Below are positions 1-12,300 of a DNA stretch of 64,000 nucleotides, in pieces. The DNA comes from Octopus bimaculoides. Taxonomy: Eukaryota. The position numbers and the translations under genes are program-made. The first letter of the stretch is position 1. Every line of letters begins with the position of its first letter. The stretch is taken from assembly GCF_001194135.2 (NCBI RefSeq), contig NC_068987.1:61581419-61645418 (forward strand). Reading direction: 5' to 3'. Under the pieces are notes generated by a model that saw only the letters and a program-made list of their open reading frames with translations, ran no database searches and was not told where the DNA came from.

Positions 1-169
1 GTAGTAATGACTAGGGTAGGGTAACTGACTGCTTATTGTGATCATTCGTCTTTTGGTTTCCTGTAGCTTTCCTCTCTTTTACAAACCCTGTGAACATACA
101 AATATTTCCTATTTCAAAGAAATTTGAACAATACATATAAGACACAAGTTAAAAAGATTCTCAGCAATT

Positions 170-502
170 CAACTTCTCTGGTTGATATTAAAACCCCCAC
201 CCCCAATAGGGGCCTTAACTCCCACATTTTAGAGCTCCGTTACCTCCATTTTTCAGGAGCAAAATCCTTTTAACAGGTTCCATAAGACTGGAATTTTGGA
301 ATCTGCGCATAAAGATCAGTAGTATGGGATACATGTGTCATGATGAGAATTTTTTTAGGGTGTGTAAAGAAGGAAAGAACCCTCATCTGCAATTTTGATG
401 AAATTCGAATCATAGGTATTCCAGTTCATTAGAGAAAATATAACAGAAAAGTCTAATTCTTCAATTGCATGTAACACTGGCAACGCCGGGTATCTCTGCT
501 AG
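170..502 (+). mobile_element. Non-autonomous Helitron-like element, 3' end (5' boundary undefined)
   Basis: Ends ctggcAACgccgg hairpin - short spacer - CTAG|T (CTAG 499-502). Internal caattttgatgaaattcg motif has the same orientation as in the 44.5-46.7 kb Helitrons. Confidence 0.6.
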
Positions 503-2535
503 TATCTTATTAAAATATTTTCTACTGTAGACACAACGCCTGACATTTTTGGGGAGGGGGCTAATTGATTATGTTGACCTCAGTGCTTCACTGCTACCTA
601 TTCTATCAACTCCGTAAGGATGAAAGGCAAAGTTGGACCTTGGTGGAATTTGAACTCAGAATGTAAAAATGGACAAAATGCCACTAAGCATTTTGTCTGG
701 CATGCTAACAACTCTGCCAGCTCACCACCTTATATCATCATCATCATCATCATCATCATATGTCTGTTTTCCATGCTGGCAGGGGTTAGATGGTTTGACT
801 GGAACTGGTAAGTCAGAGAACTGTACCAGGCTCTTTTGGCTTGGTTTCTATGGCTGGATGCTCTTTCTAATGCCAACCACTCCTAGAGTGTTGTGAGTGT
901 CTTTTACATGTCACTGGCACTGATCTTGACTACAATTTTACTTGGCTTGACATGTCTTCTCAAGCACAGCAAATTGCCAAAGGTTTTGATCTCTTGTTAC
1001 CACCTCTGTGAGATCATGCTTCACCACCTTGTCCCATTTCTTCCTGGGTCTGCCTCTTCCACAGGTTCCCCCCACAGTTAGAGATCAGCACTTCTTTACA
1101 TAGCTGTCCTCATATCTAGACAAAAAGCTAGTTTGACAGTAAGTAGATAGTATGCTTTTTTTGCGTCATCTCATTGGCACTCTAAACATTAATGATGACA
1201 AAAAAAAAAGACTTTGTAAAATACAGCATTGCTTTGCTGGCATGGCTGTGTGGTTAAAATGTTTACTTCCTAAGTGTGTGGTTTCTGGTTTAGTCCCACC
1301 GCATGGCACCTTGGGCAAGTATCTTCTACTATAGCCCTGAGTCAACCAAAACCTTGTGAATCAATTTTGTTGACAGAAACTTAAAGCTAGTCATGTATAT
1401 GTATGTGTGTGTGTGTGTGTGTGTAAATTTTCTTTGGGGTGTATATGTATGTGCCTTTGTACCTGCTTGTCTTGACGTCTCATGATAGTTGTAAATGAAT
1501 GTCTCCATCATATATGCAGTGTCATTCACTTCTGATCTTCTGTGAAAGCACGTCTAACCACGGGGAAATATGACTTTGCATGGAAGCAGGTGAGGGTTGG
1601 CAACAAGAAAGGCACCTAGCCGTAGAAAAATCTACCTTAACAAACTCTGTTTGACCCATGGAAACAGGAAAGTGGACATTAAAACAATAATGATTATGAT
1701 GATGTTTTTTTCTTTCCATGCTTTAGTGAACTATACTAATGCACAATCAGATAGCTTTAAGTATCTAACATTTTTGACACTATTTATGATGTATGTATAA
1801 ATCATCATCATCATCATCATGTATGTATGAATGTCTCTTGTAAATATGTGTTGTTGTTGTTACCTTGTTCCTTTGTTTTCAAGCAGTGTGTCTAGTACAA
1901 GTCAGCATGATGTAGCTGCAGCTCTTTTCCAGATTATTGGTTTCACAGTTGGAAATGATATGGCTCAATAGAGAATCAGTCATGTAACACACACTGAGTT
2001 CACTGGGGCCATATCACTACTTTAAAGTGCTTGTACAAACATACTGTTATCTAAACAATTATTTTATGCAAGCAGCAGTGCGCTAAGAAGTTTGCTTCCC
2101 AACCATATGGTTCTTGGTTCAGTATTACTGCATGGCACCTTGGGCAAGTGCCTTCCACTACAGCCCCAAGCCAACCAAAGTCTTGTGAGTGGATTGGTAG
2201 ATGGAAACTGAAAGAAGCTTGTGTGTGTGTGTGTATATATATATATCCGAATGTGGCTGATGACAGCGCCACCTTGACTGGCTTCCGTGCCGGTGGCACG
2301 TAAAAAGCACCAACTGATCGTGACCGCTGCCAGCCTCCTCTGGCCCCTGTGCCAGTGGCACGTAAAAAGCACCCACTACACTCACGGAGTGGTTAGCATT
2401 AGGAAGGGCATCCAGCTGTAGAAACACGGCCAGATCAGACTGGAGCCTGGTGCAGCCTCCTGGCTTCCCAGACCCTGGTCAAACCATCCAACCCATGCTA
2501 GCATGGAAAACAGACGTTAAACGACGATGATGATG

Positions 2536-2595
<60 letters not shown>

Positions 2596-4414
2596 TAACA
2601 AAAAATGAAGGAGAACTTCTAACAATGTGTAATGGGAAGTTGAGTAACATTTATATATTTCAGGCCCAAAGGCCCGTAAGAAGAAGAGATTGGTACATGT
2701 GTGTGTATGTTTGAGTCAGTATGCTTTGTCTTGTTGTCTTGACATTGTGTGCTAGTTGTAAAATGATTGTCACTGTCATACAAGTGGTGTCATTCATTTC
2801 CAGTGGTCTACGAAAACATATCCAACCATGAGGAATCGTGGACCTTGCTTTGAAACAGGTGATGGTTGGTGACAGGAAGAGCATCTGGCCATAGAAAAAT
2901 CTATTTCAATAAACTCCATCAAATCCCTGCAAGCATGGGAAATTGGACATTGAAATTATGAGGACAATGAAAAATAATGACCTGCAACTTCGGACATATT
3001 TAGATTAGCATTTTTCTATATTCTTTTCTACTCTTGGCACAAGGCTTGAAATTTTTGGGGAGGGGGCCCAGTCTATTAGATCAACCCCAGTATACAACTG
3101 CTACTTAATTTATCGACCCCAAAAGGATGAAAGGCAAAGTCAACCTTGGCGGAATTTGAACTCAGAATGTAAAAACAGATGAAATACCACTAAGCATTTC
3201 GCCCGATGTTCTAACGTTTCTGCCAGCTCACCGCCTTAGCATTTATATATGTTAAGAAGATAATGATATTCAAATTTGCCTTGTTATAAAGTTTAGCTCA
3301 TCCTATTTCAGTATCTTTTTTTTTTACTACTATCTTCTGGAAATAATGGTTTTAGTTTTACTGTGAGGTCACTTTGTTTCTTTCATTCATTTTATGTCTA
3401 TTTTTCAATGCTGGCATGGGTTAGGTGGGTATGTTATTGAGGCATTGTTTTACAGTTGGATGCTCATGTTCAAGTAAAGGATCTCTTATTCTGCAGAGCT
3501 TCAAAGATATGAGAAATGTGAACAAGAACACTGCATAGATATCATGACTTATGAATAAGCGATCTCTGATTTAAACAAATATGTGGACCCTCCCCCACTA
3601 CTCTCTCTCTCTCTCTCAATTTCTCTCTCTCACACGCACACATGTATGATGAACTTCTTTTTTAGTCTTCGTCTATCAAATGCACTCATAAAGCTTTGGT
3701 TGGCCTGAAGCTATCATAGAAGATGCTAGCTTGAGGTGCTGCATAGTGGGACTGAACCTGAAACTGCATGGTTTGGAAGTGAACTTCTTAACCACAAAAC
3801 CATGCCTGCACCTGTACACAGTTAGGTCTGTGCACTTCATGTATGCAATTTGTTTCAAGAATATAGAATATGAATGGGGTGATGTTGTAGTCACTATCAT
3901 TTCATGTCATATCATGCTGGTTGGTTCCGTTTTGATTTGCTTAGCTAATTATGTTCATTATGTGTAAGATTTTAGTACCTACTTTAATCCAAGATTTCCA
4001 TTCATTATCATCAGCCACTTATTTCTCTGATCTCACTGTGCATGCTGTCAGTTCTTTACTTTTCTTGTGAACATTTCTTGCCACTGGATCCTTCTCCTCT
4101 CCTTTTGTTCAAGATATTACTAATACTCTGGTTTTTCTATTGTATATTAATAATATTACTCATAAAATGTATTCTGTATGATGATAGTGATGATAAAATA
4201 TATTTTGCATTCAGTCATATCAAATCTACTCTGGTATTGTGCTGATAGAACTGGTTGAATCGTGACCCTAGCATGACCCATTTCTTACCATATTTCTATT
4301 GAAATACACTTTGTTTATTTCAGTTCATTTTTAAAATAATAAAGCATTATTAAAACATTATTAAGCTGGTATTTGGAGCATAAATTAACATGAAATGTTG
4401 ATCGGAGGCTTTAA

Positions 4415-4622
4415 TCCTTTAGCATTACTCTGTTAAATGTAATGCCTATTTGTTGTTTTGAATTAATCCTGCGTTATCTCACAGCTTTGAAATTTTGATG
4501 ATGTGATTGTTTATTTTTAGTGTGACATTGCAGAATGGGTGTGAGAGGCTGGATGTTGTCACTTTGAACATAAAACGGGTAGAATATGTGGGCCTGATAT
4601 GGTTGATTTAAATGCTAAAGGG
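4415..4622. mobile_element. piggyBac-like MITE
   Basis: TTAA|TCCTTTAGCATT ... AATGCTAAAGGG|TTAA: terminal inverted repeats and TTAA on both sides. Partial relatives near 12860, 24930 and 42270. Confidence 0.75.
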
Positions 4623-5179
4623 TTAATTAAGATCAAGGAGTTTGTATAATTGATTTAGGGGTTTTGATTTTTTAACTCTCAGTGCTTTAATGAAATACCA
4701 TGCCAATAGCAGCCTACCAAACATTACTTGAGCGATATACATATAAAGAAAGAGTGAGAGAGAATGTGGTATACATTTATAGAAAGGGGGAATGTTTACA
4801 ATGAGAAAAGCATAAATGACAGAGTTAGACAAATAGGGAGAGGGGAGAGAGAGAGAGAGAGAGAACATTTCTATTGTTGTCACAGATTTTGAAATTAAGT
4901 GAAACAAAATCTTCAAATTTGGTATATTGATGTACTTTTTCATGCTGAATCTGATTTTGTGATTCGTTTATTCCAGAAAAATTTCTCAAAAATGTTACAG
5001 AGGTTTAATGTTTGATCATTTTTACCTAATCAAAAAACAGGATTTGGAAGCTAGCATTTTCTGTGTGATAGCTGTCTATCACAAAATGAAAGTAAAAGTA
5101 TTACAAGTATGAAGGCAATTACATGTCATATCAAGAGAGAGAGAGAGAGAGAGAAGCAACCTGAGTGAGAGATTTACAT

Positions 5180-5214
<35 letters not shown>

Positions 5215-5355
5215 TAAAGAGTGTGGTAAATATATATAAAGAGGGGAAAGGTGTAAAAGATGGAGACAGAAGATAAAGAATGGTAGATTTGTAGAGTTAT
5301 TTCTCATTGCAAATTATATTTTTTGATTATTATATTTTGGGGTTTCGTTGCTGCT

Positions 5356-5432
5356 ATGGGAAGTTGTTGCTCTGCTTCACAAGTTTTTGGTTTACGAGCG
5401 GTCTCCGGGAGCAAGTTTACTCGTGTATCGAG
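5356..5432 (+). CDS. Candidate first coding exon of SAS-6 (MGSCCSASQVFGLRAVSGSKFTRVSR)
   Basis: ATG in good Kozak context (GCTATGG), 77 nt ending AG|GTATCA in phase 2, which exon 9245 requires. Local cluster of 6 CpGs downstream of GA-rich tracts. Little similarity to the usual SAS-6 N-terminus. Confidence 0.3.
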
Positions 5433-6526
5433 GTATCACTGTATATATATAGTAAGTACTTTTACAGATGAGTGCCTCATGTATGTGTGTTTGAACTCAG
5501 AACATAATATATACTTATATATATATCTAAATATATATGTGTGTGTGTGTGTGTATGTACGTACGTACATATAAAAGCACTCGCGACACTCTCGGAGTGG
5601 TTGGCGTTAGGAAGGGCATCCAGCTGTAGAAACTCTGCCAGATCAGATTGGAGCCTGGTGCAGCCATCTGATTCGCCAGTCCTCATTCAAATCGTCCAAC
5701 CCATGCTAGCATGGAAAACAGACGTTAAACGGTGGTGATGATGATGATGATTAATTATAATTGAATGTCATTGGGATGCAGATTTTGAAAATCCATTTTC
5801 TTAAGGACACACTGTTTCGTAGCCTTTACACACACACACACTCATTTATAGTAGATACATTAGCATAAAGACCATGAGAGTGACTGATGGTCAGTGAAAG
5901 AGTCAGTAGTTTGTATGGTTTACCATGCACTGCTCTTTGGAATTCACGCCCTGCCCATGTTTTTCCTGCAGTTATCAAGTTACAGAAGGTCAAACTCAAC
6001 ATCAATAGCATCTGTCACAATAGTCTTAGAGAACCTACATAGTTCAAGGCTACTTATTTACCTTTCACTAAACAACTGTTCTACAAGCAGAAGATAACAC
6101 ATTTTCTGGTGGAGTGAGGTGGCTGAACTGTCAATTTAGTAAACATTACTGGTATTTATTTCATTGGTCTTAGAAGTATGAAAGCAAACTTAACTTCCAC
6201 AGAAATTGAATGCAGAGCATAAAGGAACTCAATTAATAAATCTCATCGTTATTTTAGTGTCCAGCTTGCCAAGCTTGTATGAGTTAGATGGAATTTGTTG
6301 AGGCAGATTTACTGTGGTTGAATGCTTTTTCTGATGCCAATCCTCTTCTGTTTCAAAGCGAAGGTAATATTTCTCTGTGATCAGACATGCTTTCATGGAA
6401 GATTGGAAATGAAAGACACTAAGATAGTGATAATCATTTACCAGTATCATGTGATGTCAAGAGGAGATACATTCATATGTTGCATGCATACATATATATG
6501 CACATACACACACACACTCACACACG

Positions 6527-6567
<41 letters not shown>

Positions 6568-6716
6568 AAGATAGGAAAATGGAAATTTTGTGGTATAATT
6601 TATTCTCCATTATGCATGTTTCATTTTCTAATAGGTATCACAAAGGTTTATATGTTATAAAGCCATGTAAGGAATTTCCTATTAGAGAAATTGTCAGACA
6701 GAAAATTTTATAATAC

Positions 6717-6953
6717 AAGGCGGTGAGCTGGCAGAAACGTCAGCACGCCGGGCGAAATGCTTAGCGGTATTTCATCTGCCGTTACGTTCTGAGTTCAAAT
6801 TCCACCGAGCTCGACTTTGCCTTTCATCCTTTTGGGGTTGATAAATTAAGTACCAGTTACGCACAGGGGTCGATGTAATTGACTTAATCCTTTTGTCTGT
6901 CCTCGTTTGTCCCCTCTATGTTTAGCCCCTTGTGGGCAATAAAGAAATAAGAA
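6717..6953 (+). mobile_element. tRNA-derived SINE family C, representative copy (about 20 copies in window)
   Basis: Head GGCGGTGAGCTGGCAGAA...GAGTTCAAATTCC (A/B-box-like), core GACTTTGCCTTTCATCCTTTTGGGGTTGATAAATTAAGTACCAG (resembles the Meta/Nin-type conserved SINE domain as recalled), A-rich tail. Other copies e.g. 520-735, 3020-3238, 7955-8152, 17292-17510, 19515-19700, 31686-31900, 32965-33160, 34019-34465, 34800-35145, 37305-37845. Confidence 0.8.
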
Positions 6954-7693
6954 AATTTTATAATATGAAAATACATTTGAATGAGGCATTTATATTTAAA
7001 TATTAATCAGGAGCATCACCAATAGTCTTTGCAATATCAAAACACAATTTCCTCATATCCTAGGCGGACCATACAGGGATGACTCTCCTTTTCTCTTTTG
7101 TCTATTAAATCTCATGTCAACCTGTGTTTCTTTCCAACAACAGACTGTAGTTGAATTCAACAACTCTGCAAATAATATTTCCATAATCCTCAATTTTAAT
7201 CATCATCATCATCGTTTAACGTCCGCTTTCCATGCTAGCATGGGTTGGACGATTTGACTGAGGACTGGTGGCATTTTAATTTAGACACAGCAGTAATAAT
7301 GGATATATATTGATTGTAATAATGGAATAAGCAGATGTGCTTCAAGTGAAAACAGCTGGGATTTACTCTAAACACCTATGTGTGTATATATATATATATA
7401 CATAGGCACAGGAGTAGCTGTGTGGTAAATAGCTTGCTTCCCAACCACATGGTTCCGGGTTCAGTCCCACTGCGTGGCATCTTGGGCAAGTGTCTTCTAC
7501 TATAGCCTCAGGCCGACCAAAGCCTTGTGGGTGGATTTGGTAGACAGAAACTGAAAGAAGCCTGTCGTACATATGTATATATATGTGTGTGTGTATGTTT
7601 GTGTGTCTGGTGTGTTTATGTCCCCGTCACTTTGCTTGACTAAAGTTGGTGCTCCAGCATAGCCGCAGTCAAATGACTGAAACAAGTAAAAGA

Positions 7694-7726
<33 letters not shown>

Positions 7727-8856
7727 AGAGTTAAGGAATTGTGTAGATAAGATCCGGGCTCAGAAGTGATAAATATCCAAGCAAGGTGTATACCACAGGC
7801 TACTCTTCAGGCCAAGGATTTCTTGATTAAATGAAAGTTTACATTGTCGCAAGGAGGTACATGTTAACGTGTGTGTGTTTTGGGGCTAAATTTCACAGTT
7901 TGCATAAAGGGAAGACACATCACAATACTACATCCAAATATAAAAGTATATTCATTTCTACTCTAGGCACAAGGCCCGAAATCTTTGGGGAGTGGGCCAG
8001 TCGATTAGATCAACACCAGTATGCAACTTGTACTTAATTTATTGACCCTGAAAGGCTGAGAAGCAAAGTCGACCTTTGTGGAATTTGAACTCAGAAGGTA
8101 GACAGAAGAAATACTGCTAAGCGTACTAACGTTTCTGCCAGCTCGCCACCTTAAATATAAAAGTATGGCTGGGAGATAACAAAGTAGCTACCCTCAGCTT
8201 CCACTATGGTCCCAGGACTGAAAAATGTCTGTCATATCTATCTATCTATCTATCTATCTTTCTGTCTGTCTGTCTACATATAATCATTGTTTAACATCCG
8301 TTTTCCATGCTGGCACAAGTTGGACGGTGTCATAACTTAGCAGTTTGCAGTTTGGCAAAAGACAATGGTAGAATAAGTACCAGGGGTTAATTCATCTGAC
8401 TAAAATTCTTTAAGGTGGTGCCCCTGCAAAGCCTCAGAGTAATGACTGAAATAAAAGACAAATTATAAAAGATATATATTATTAGTTAATAAATCGTATG
8501 GTATACACCTGATATTTTGTCGGTAAAGCTTCTTCACTGGCTCAGATCGGTTGAAACAATTTTAGTGATCAATAAAAATTCTTGTATCTTCCATCTTCCA
8601 TCTCTCTTGTTAATCAAATATATCTCATCATCATCATTTAACATCCATTATCTATATGGGTTGGACAGTTTGACCAGAGTTCTGGAAGGCTGCACCAGAC
8701 TCCAGTCTGATTTGACATGGTTTCTATTGCTGAATGCCTTCCCTAATGCCAACCACTTCAAGAGTGTAATGGGTGTTTTTATGTGCCACCGACACAAGTG
8801 CCATTTGTGTAACACCAGTATCTACGACAAATGCGATTTTACTTAGATTGATGGGT

Positions 8857-8903
<47 letters not shown>

Positions 8904-9244
8904 CAAGTATCTTTCAGTTTACATCTTGCCCAAAATGCTATGCAATGGGACTATGTGGATGGCAAGTGAACTTAATCACATGACCATGCTTTTGCCTAAT
9001 ATCGCAAATCATTTTGTGTGATTCTCTACACATTCATGCAAATTGATCACTATTCCCCGAATAAATAATAAATAAAAAGACTAATAATTTTGGAAAAAAT
9101 CCATTAGGTTTCAAGATAATTTTTGTATTATGTATTCAAATTGTTATTCAAACATCTTTAATGTGTTTAAACTTGAGTATATTTACTGAATATTTCTTAA
9201 ACTGTTTGGATATAAAATGATACAATATTCACTTTTTATCTCAG

Positions 9245-9305
9245 GAAAGTCTATCTTCATTTCAAGATTGAAATGAACCATGTGACAGATCCTATCCAGA
9301 AAAAG
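9245..9305 (+). CDS. SASS6: SAS-6 exon ([20 protein letters not shown])
   Basis: tctcag|G ... AAG|gtaaat; 61 nt, phase 2 to 0; same length as human exon 2 as recalled. Confidence 0.9.
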
Positions 9306-12300
9306 GTAAATCGATAATTTTTTTTTTAATTTACATTTTCATTGACGATAAATCATAATTCTTGTAGGAGCATTGCATTTATTCAGTTTTAAGTAAATGA
9401 TTCTTTTCTTTTTCCTGTTTCTCTGAAAAATTAGTTGGATGTAATTAGGTGCAAAAAAAAAAAAAATCATTATCATTGCTTATTTGTATTAGTTTTAGTA
9501 TTAGGACTTTAGATCTATATAATCTATATAAAGAAAAGTAACACTTATGATGATTGAAATAAATATCAAATTTAATGATGAATTTTCTGAAATGATTCAT
9601 CACCATTGTATGTTTGTTATTAATCCTTTTGTTACCATACTTCTGTTGAAATACTCTGCATTTGTTTTAGTTAATTTTGAAATAATTACATCATCATCAT
9701 CATCATCATCATCATCCTTTAAGGTCTGTTTCCATGCTGGAATGAGTTGGATAGTTTGACCAGAGCTGGCAAGCTAGAGAGCTGCACCAGACTCCAGTCT
9801 GATTTGGCATGGTTTCTACAGCTAGATGCCCTTTCTAACACCAACCACTTTACAGAGTGTGTTGGGTACTTTTTATGTGGCACTGGCATGGGTGCTTTTA
9901 TGTGGTGTCTGCATGGGTGCTTTTACATGGTGGCAGCATGAGTACTTTTTATGTGGCACCAGCTCAGGGCTCTTGCAGACCGATCCTCTTTAGTTGGGGA
10001 AGTAGCATTAGTACTTCTGCTGTGGAGGACAGATCTTCCTGAGTACAGCAAAGTGCTAGATATCTTGGTCCTTTTAGTAAAATAAATTTGTGATTTCGTT
10101 TTTGGATTTGGTTTGCAAGATTTTTTATGTGATTTTGTGTGTTGAAGCATGTTCTGTTGTGTCTGGGGAGAGTCTTTTTCTTATCGTGCCTTAAAATTTA
10201 ACACACTCACTGAGAGTCAAGACTATTGAAAAGGTTGCAAGACGCAACGAAAATTTTAGGAAAATAAAAATAATAAGTGGAAATTTTAACGGTGAGTGTG
10301 TTAAATTTTAAGGCACGATAAGAAAATGACTCTCCCCAGACACAACAAATTTGTGATTATTAAGCTGATGTTGGGAACATAAATTAACATGAAAATTTGA
10401 TGGCAGGTTTTAATTTAGTTCCCGTTAAAGCATGAAGTTTGTATCTTTGAACCAGGGGCAGTCTCAGGTGAGTTGGTATTGAAAGGCTTAAACATGGTGT
10501 GAAGCTGATGGTTGGCAGAATCAGTACAGCACTGGACAAAATACCCCACATGCTTTATTTAATTCCTTCTATAGGAGTTCAAATCATGTCAAGGCTGGCT
10601 TTGTTTTTCATCTGTCTGAGTTAGATAAAATATGTAGCTGTGAAATCCATCCAAAATTTGGCTTTGTTTCTGTTTTAGCAGTTAATACACCCGATGACTC
10701 CATATGTTATTACCATGTGGTAGATCTGCAGAGAATAGCTATAAACTATGTTTTTAATTTTGTGACCACACATTGTGAATTTTTGGATTTTTTCATTTTT
10801 GTCAGGAAGGGCTTCTGTTGATTGAATAAACTCCAATATATTACTGTAAAGTAGAATTAAAGAACCATTTTAATATCAGGGGTGAAATGCAAATACACAG
10901 GAACCTATGGGAGACGTTTCTGAGTTGAAAAAAAAAAACGAATCTTCAATTTTACAAAATCATAGTGGTGCACCTTATATAAAATTACTGTTTGGGTTTT
11001 AAGAAATCTCATAACAAAAAAGTTAATGTATTTTATCTTTTTTTTTTCTCTCTTTTTTATTTCAGGAACTGGTCATCCGGTTAACAGATGAGAAAGACTT
11101 GTTCTTTCTCTACACTCTTCATTTAGGTGAAGAAGATTTCCAATGGTGAATACATTTCTTCTTTCTCAATTTCATGTTCTTAGCATTCTAACTGGCCTAA
11201 TTCTGACACCAACCAATAAAAACTGATTTTTGTTCAAATTGGCTGTTTTTTTTTCAGTGATACAGGTGTGACTGTGTGGTAAGTACTTTGCTTCTCAACC
11301 ACATGGTTCCGAGTTCAGTCTTACTGTGTGCCACCTTGGGCGAGTGCCTTCAACTATAGCCCTGGGCTGATCAAAACTTTGAGTAGATTTGGTAGATGGA
11401 AACTGAAAAGAAGCCTATCGTGTGTGTGTGTGTGTGTGTTGTCCCTCAGCCACTATGTGACAACTGACATTGGTTTGTTTGAAAGACACCAAGTCCTGTT
11501 GACATGTAATCTTGATATGATCTAGTTAAGTCTATCTTGTTACTTTTGGGATCAAACCAAATGTAGAAGAAAAGCACTTAAGTGATGGTGGGAAGGAGAA
11601 AATTGTGGTCTAAAATTAAGGCTATGTGTATACAGGTGAAGTAGATGAATTGAGAATATATGAAACAATTGACCCTTGTGTTATGGGTTCATACTCTGTT
11701 GTAGATGGTGGTGTTTAGCCATAGATTAGCCCAGATTACATTGATCAAAGTGTTCTAGCTGTGACCTACATCAAGATTATCCAATATGTCACCTACAACA
11801 AAATTACTCAATATGTCCTTTATGAAAACTATGAACTGAAGGAGATTTGGGTGCTATTTCTAACAGATCAAGTGACCAGACAAGGACTCTTGTTTACTAC
11901 TACTATTGGTGTGTTGCTTTGTGTTTTTTGTACCTGGCAGTTAATTGTACTTGCTTCATTTTACTCTAACTAGAGGATATGTGTCATTTTAATAAAACTA
12001 GAAAATAAATTAAATAATAAGGGTAGAAATTAATATTATTAAAGGATACCAATTTGAACCAGTGGTCAGCAAGTGGTCTCTCCTCTTATTTATATAGAAA
12101 ATTAAAATTTTTTTTTAATTGATAAAATTAGAATGTTTTAGATACACTTTCCCTGGAGGTGGATTTTGTATGTCTTTCCTTTCACCAACACTCACCTGTT
12201 TCCAAGCAAGGTAATATTTTGCCATGCTATAGCCAGACAATGTTCTCACAGAAGACTGGAAATAAACAACCTTGGTTGCATGACAGTGATGTTTGTTTAC

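Noticed and set aside
7831-7856. MKVYIVAR|R as SAS-6 first exon (phase-2 donor GTACAT)
   Set aside because: Phase fits, but it is only 8 codons with an in-frame stop directly upstream, a weak donor and no promoter-like context. Not excluded.
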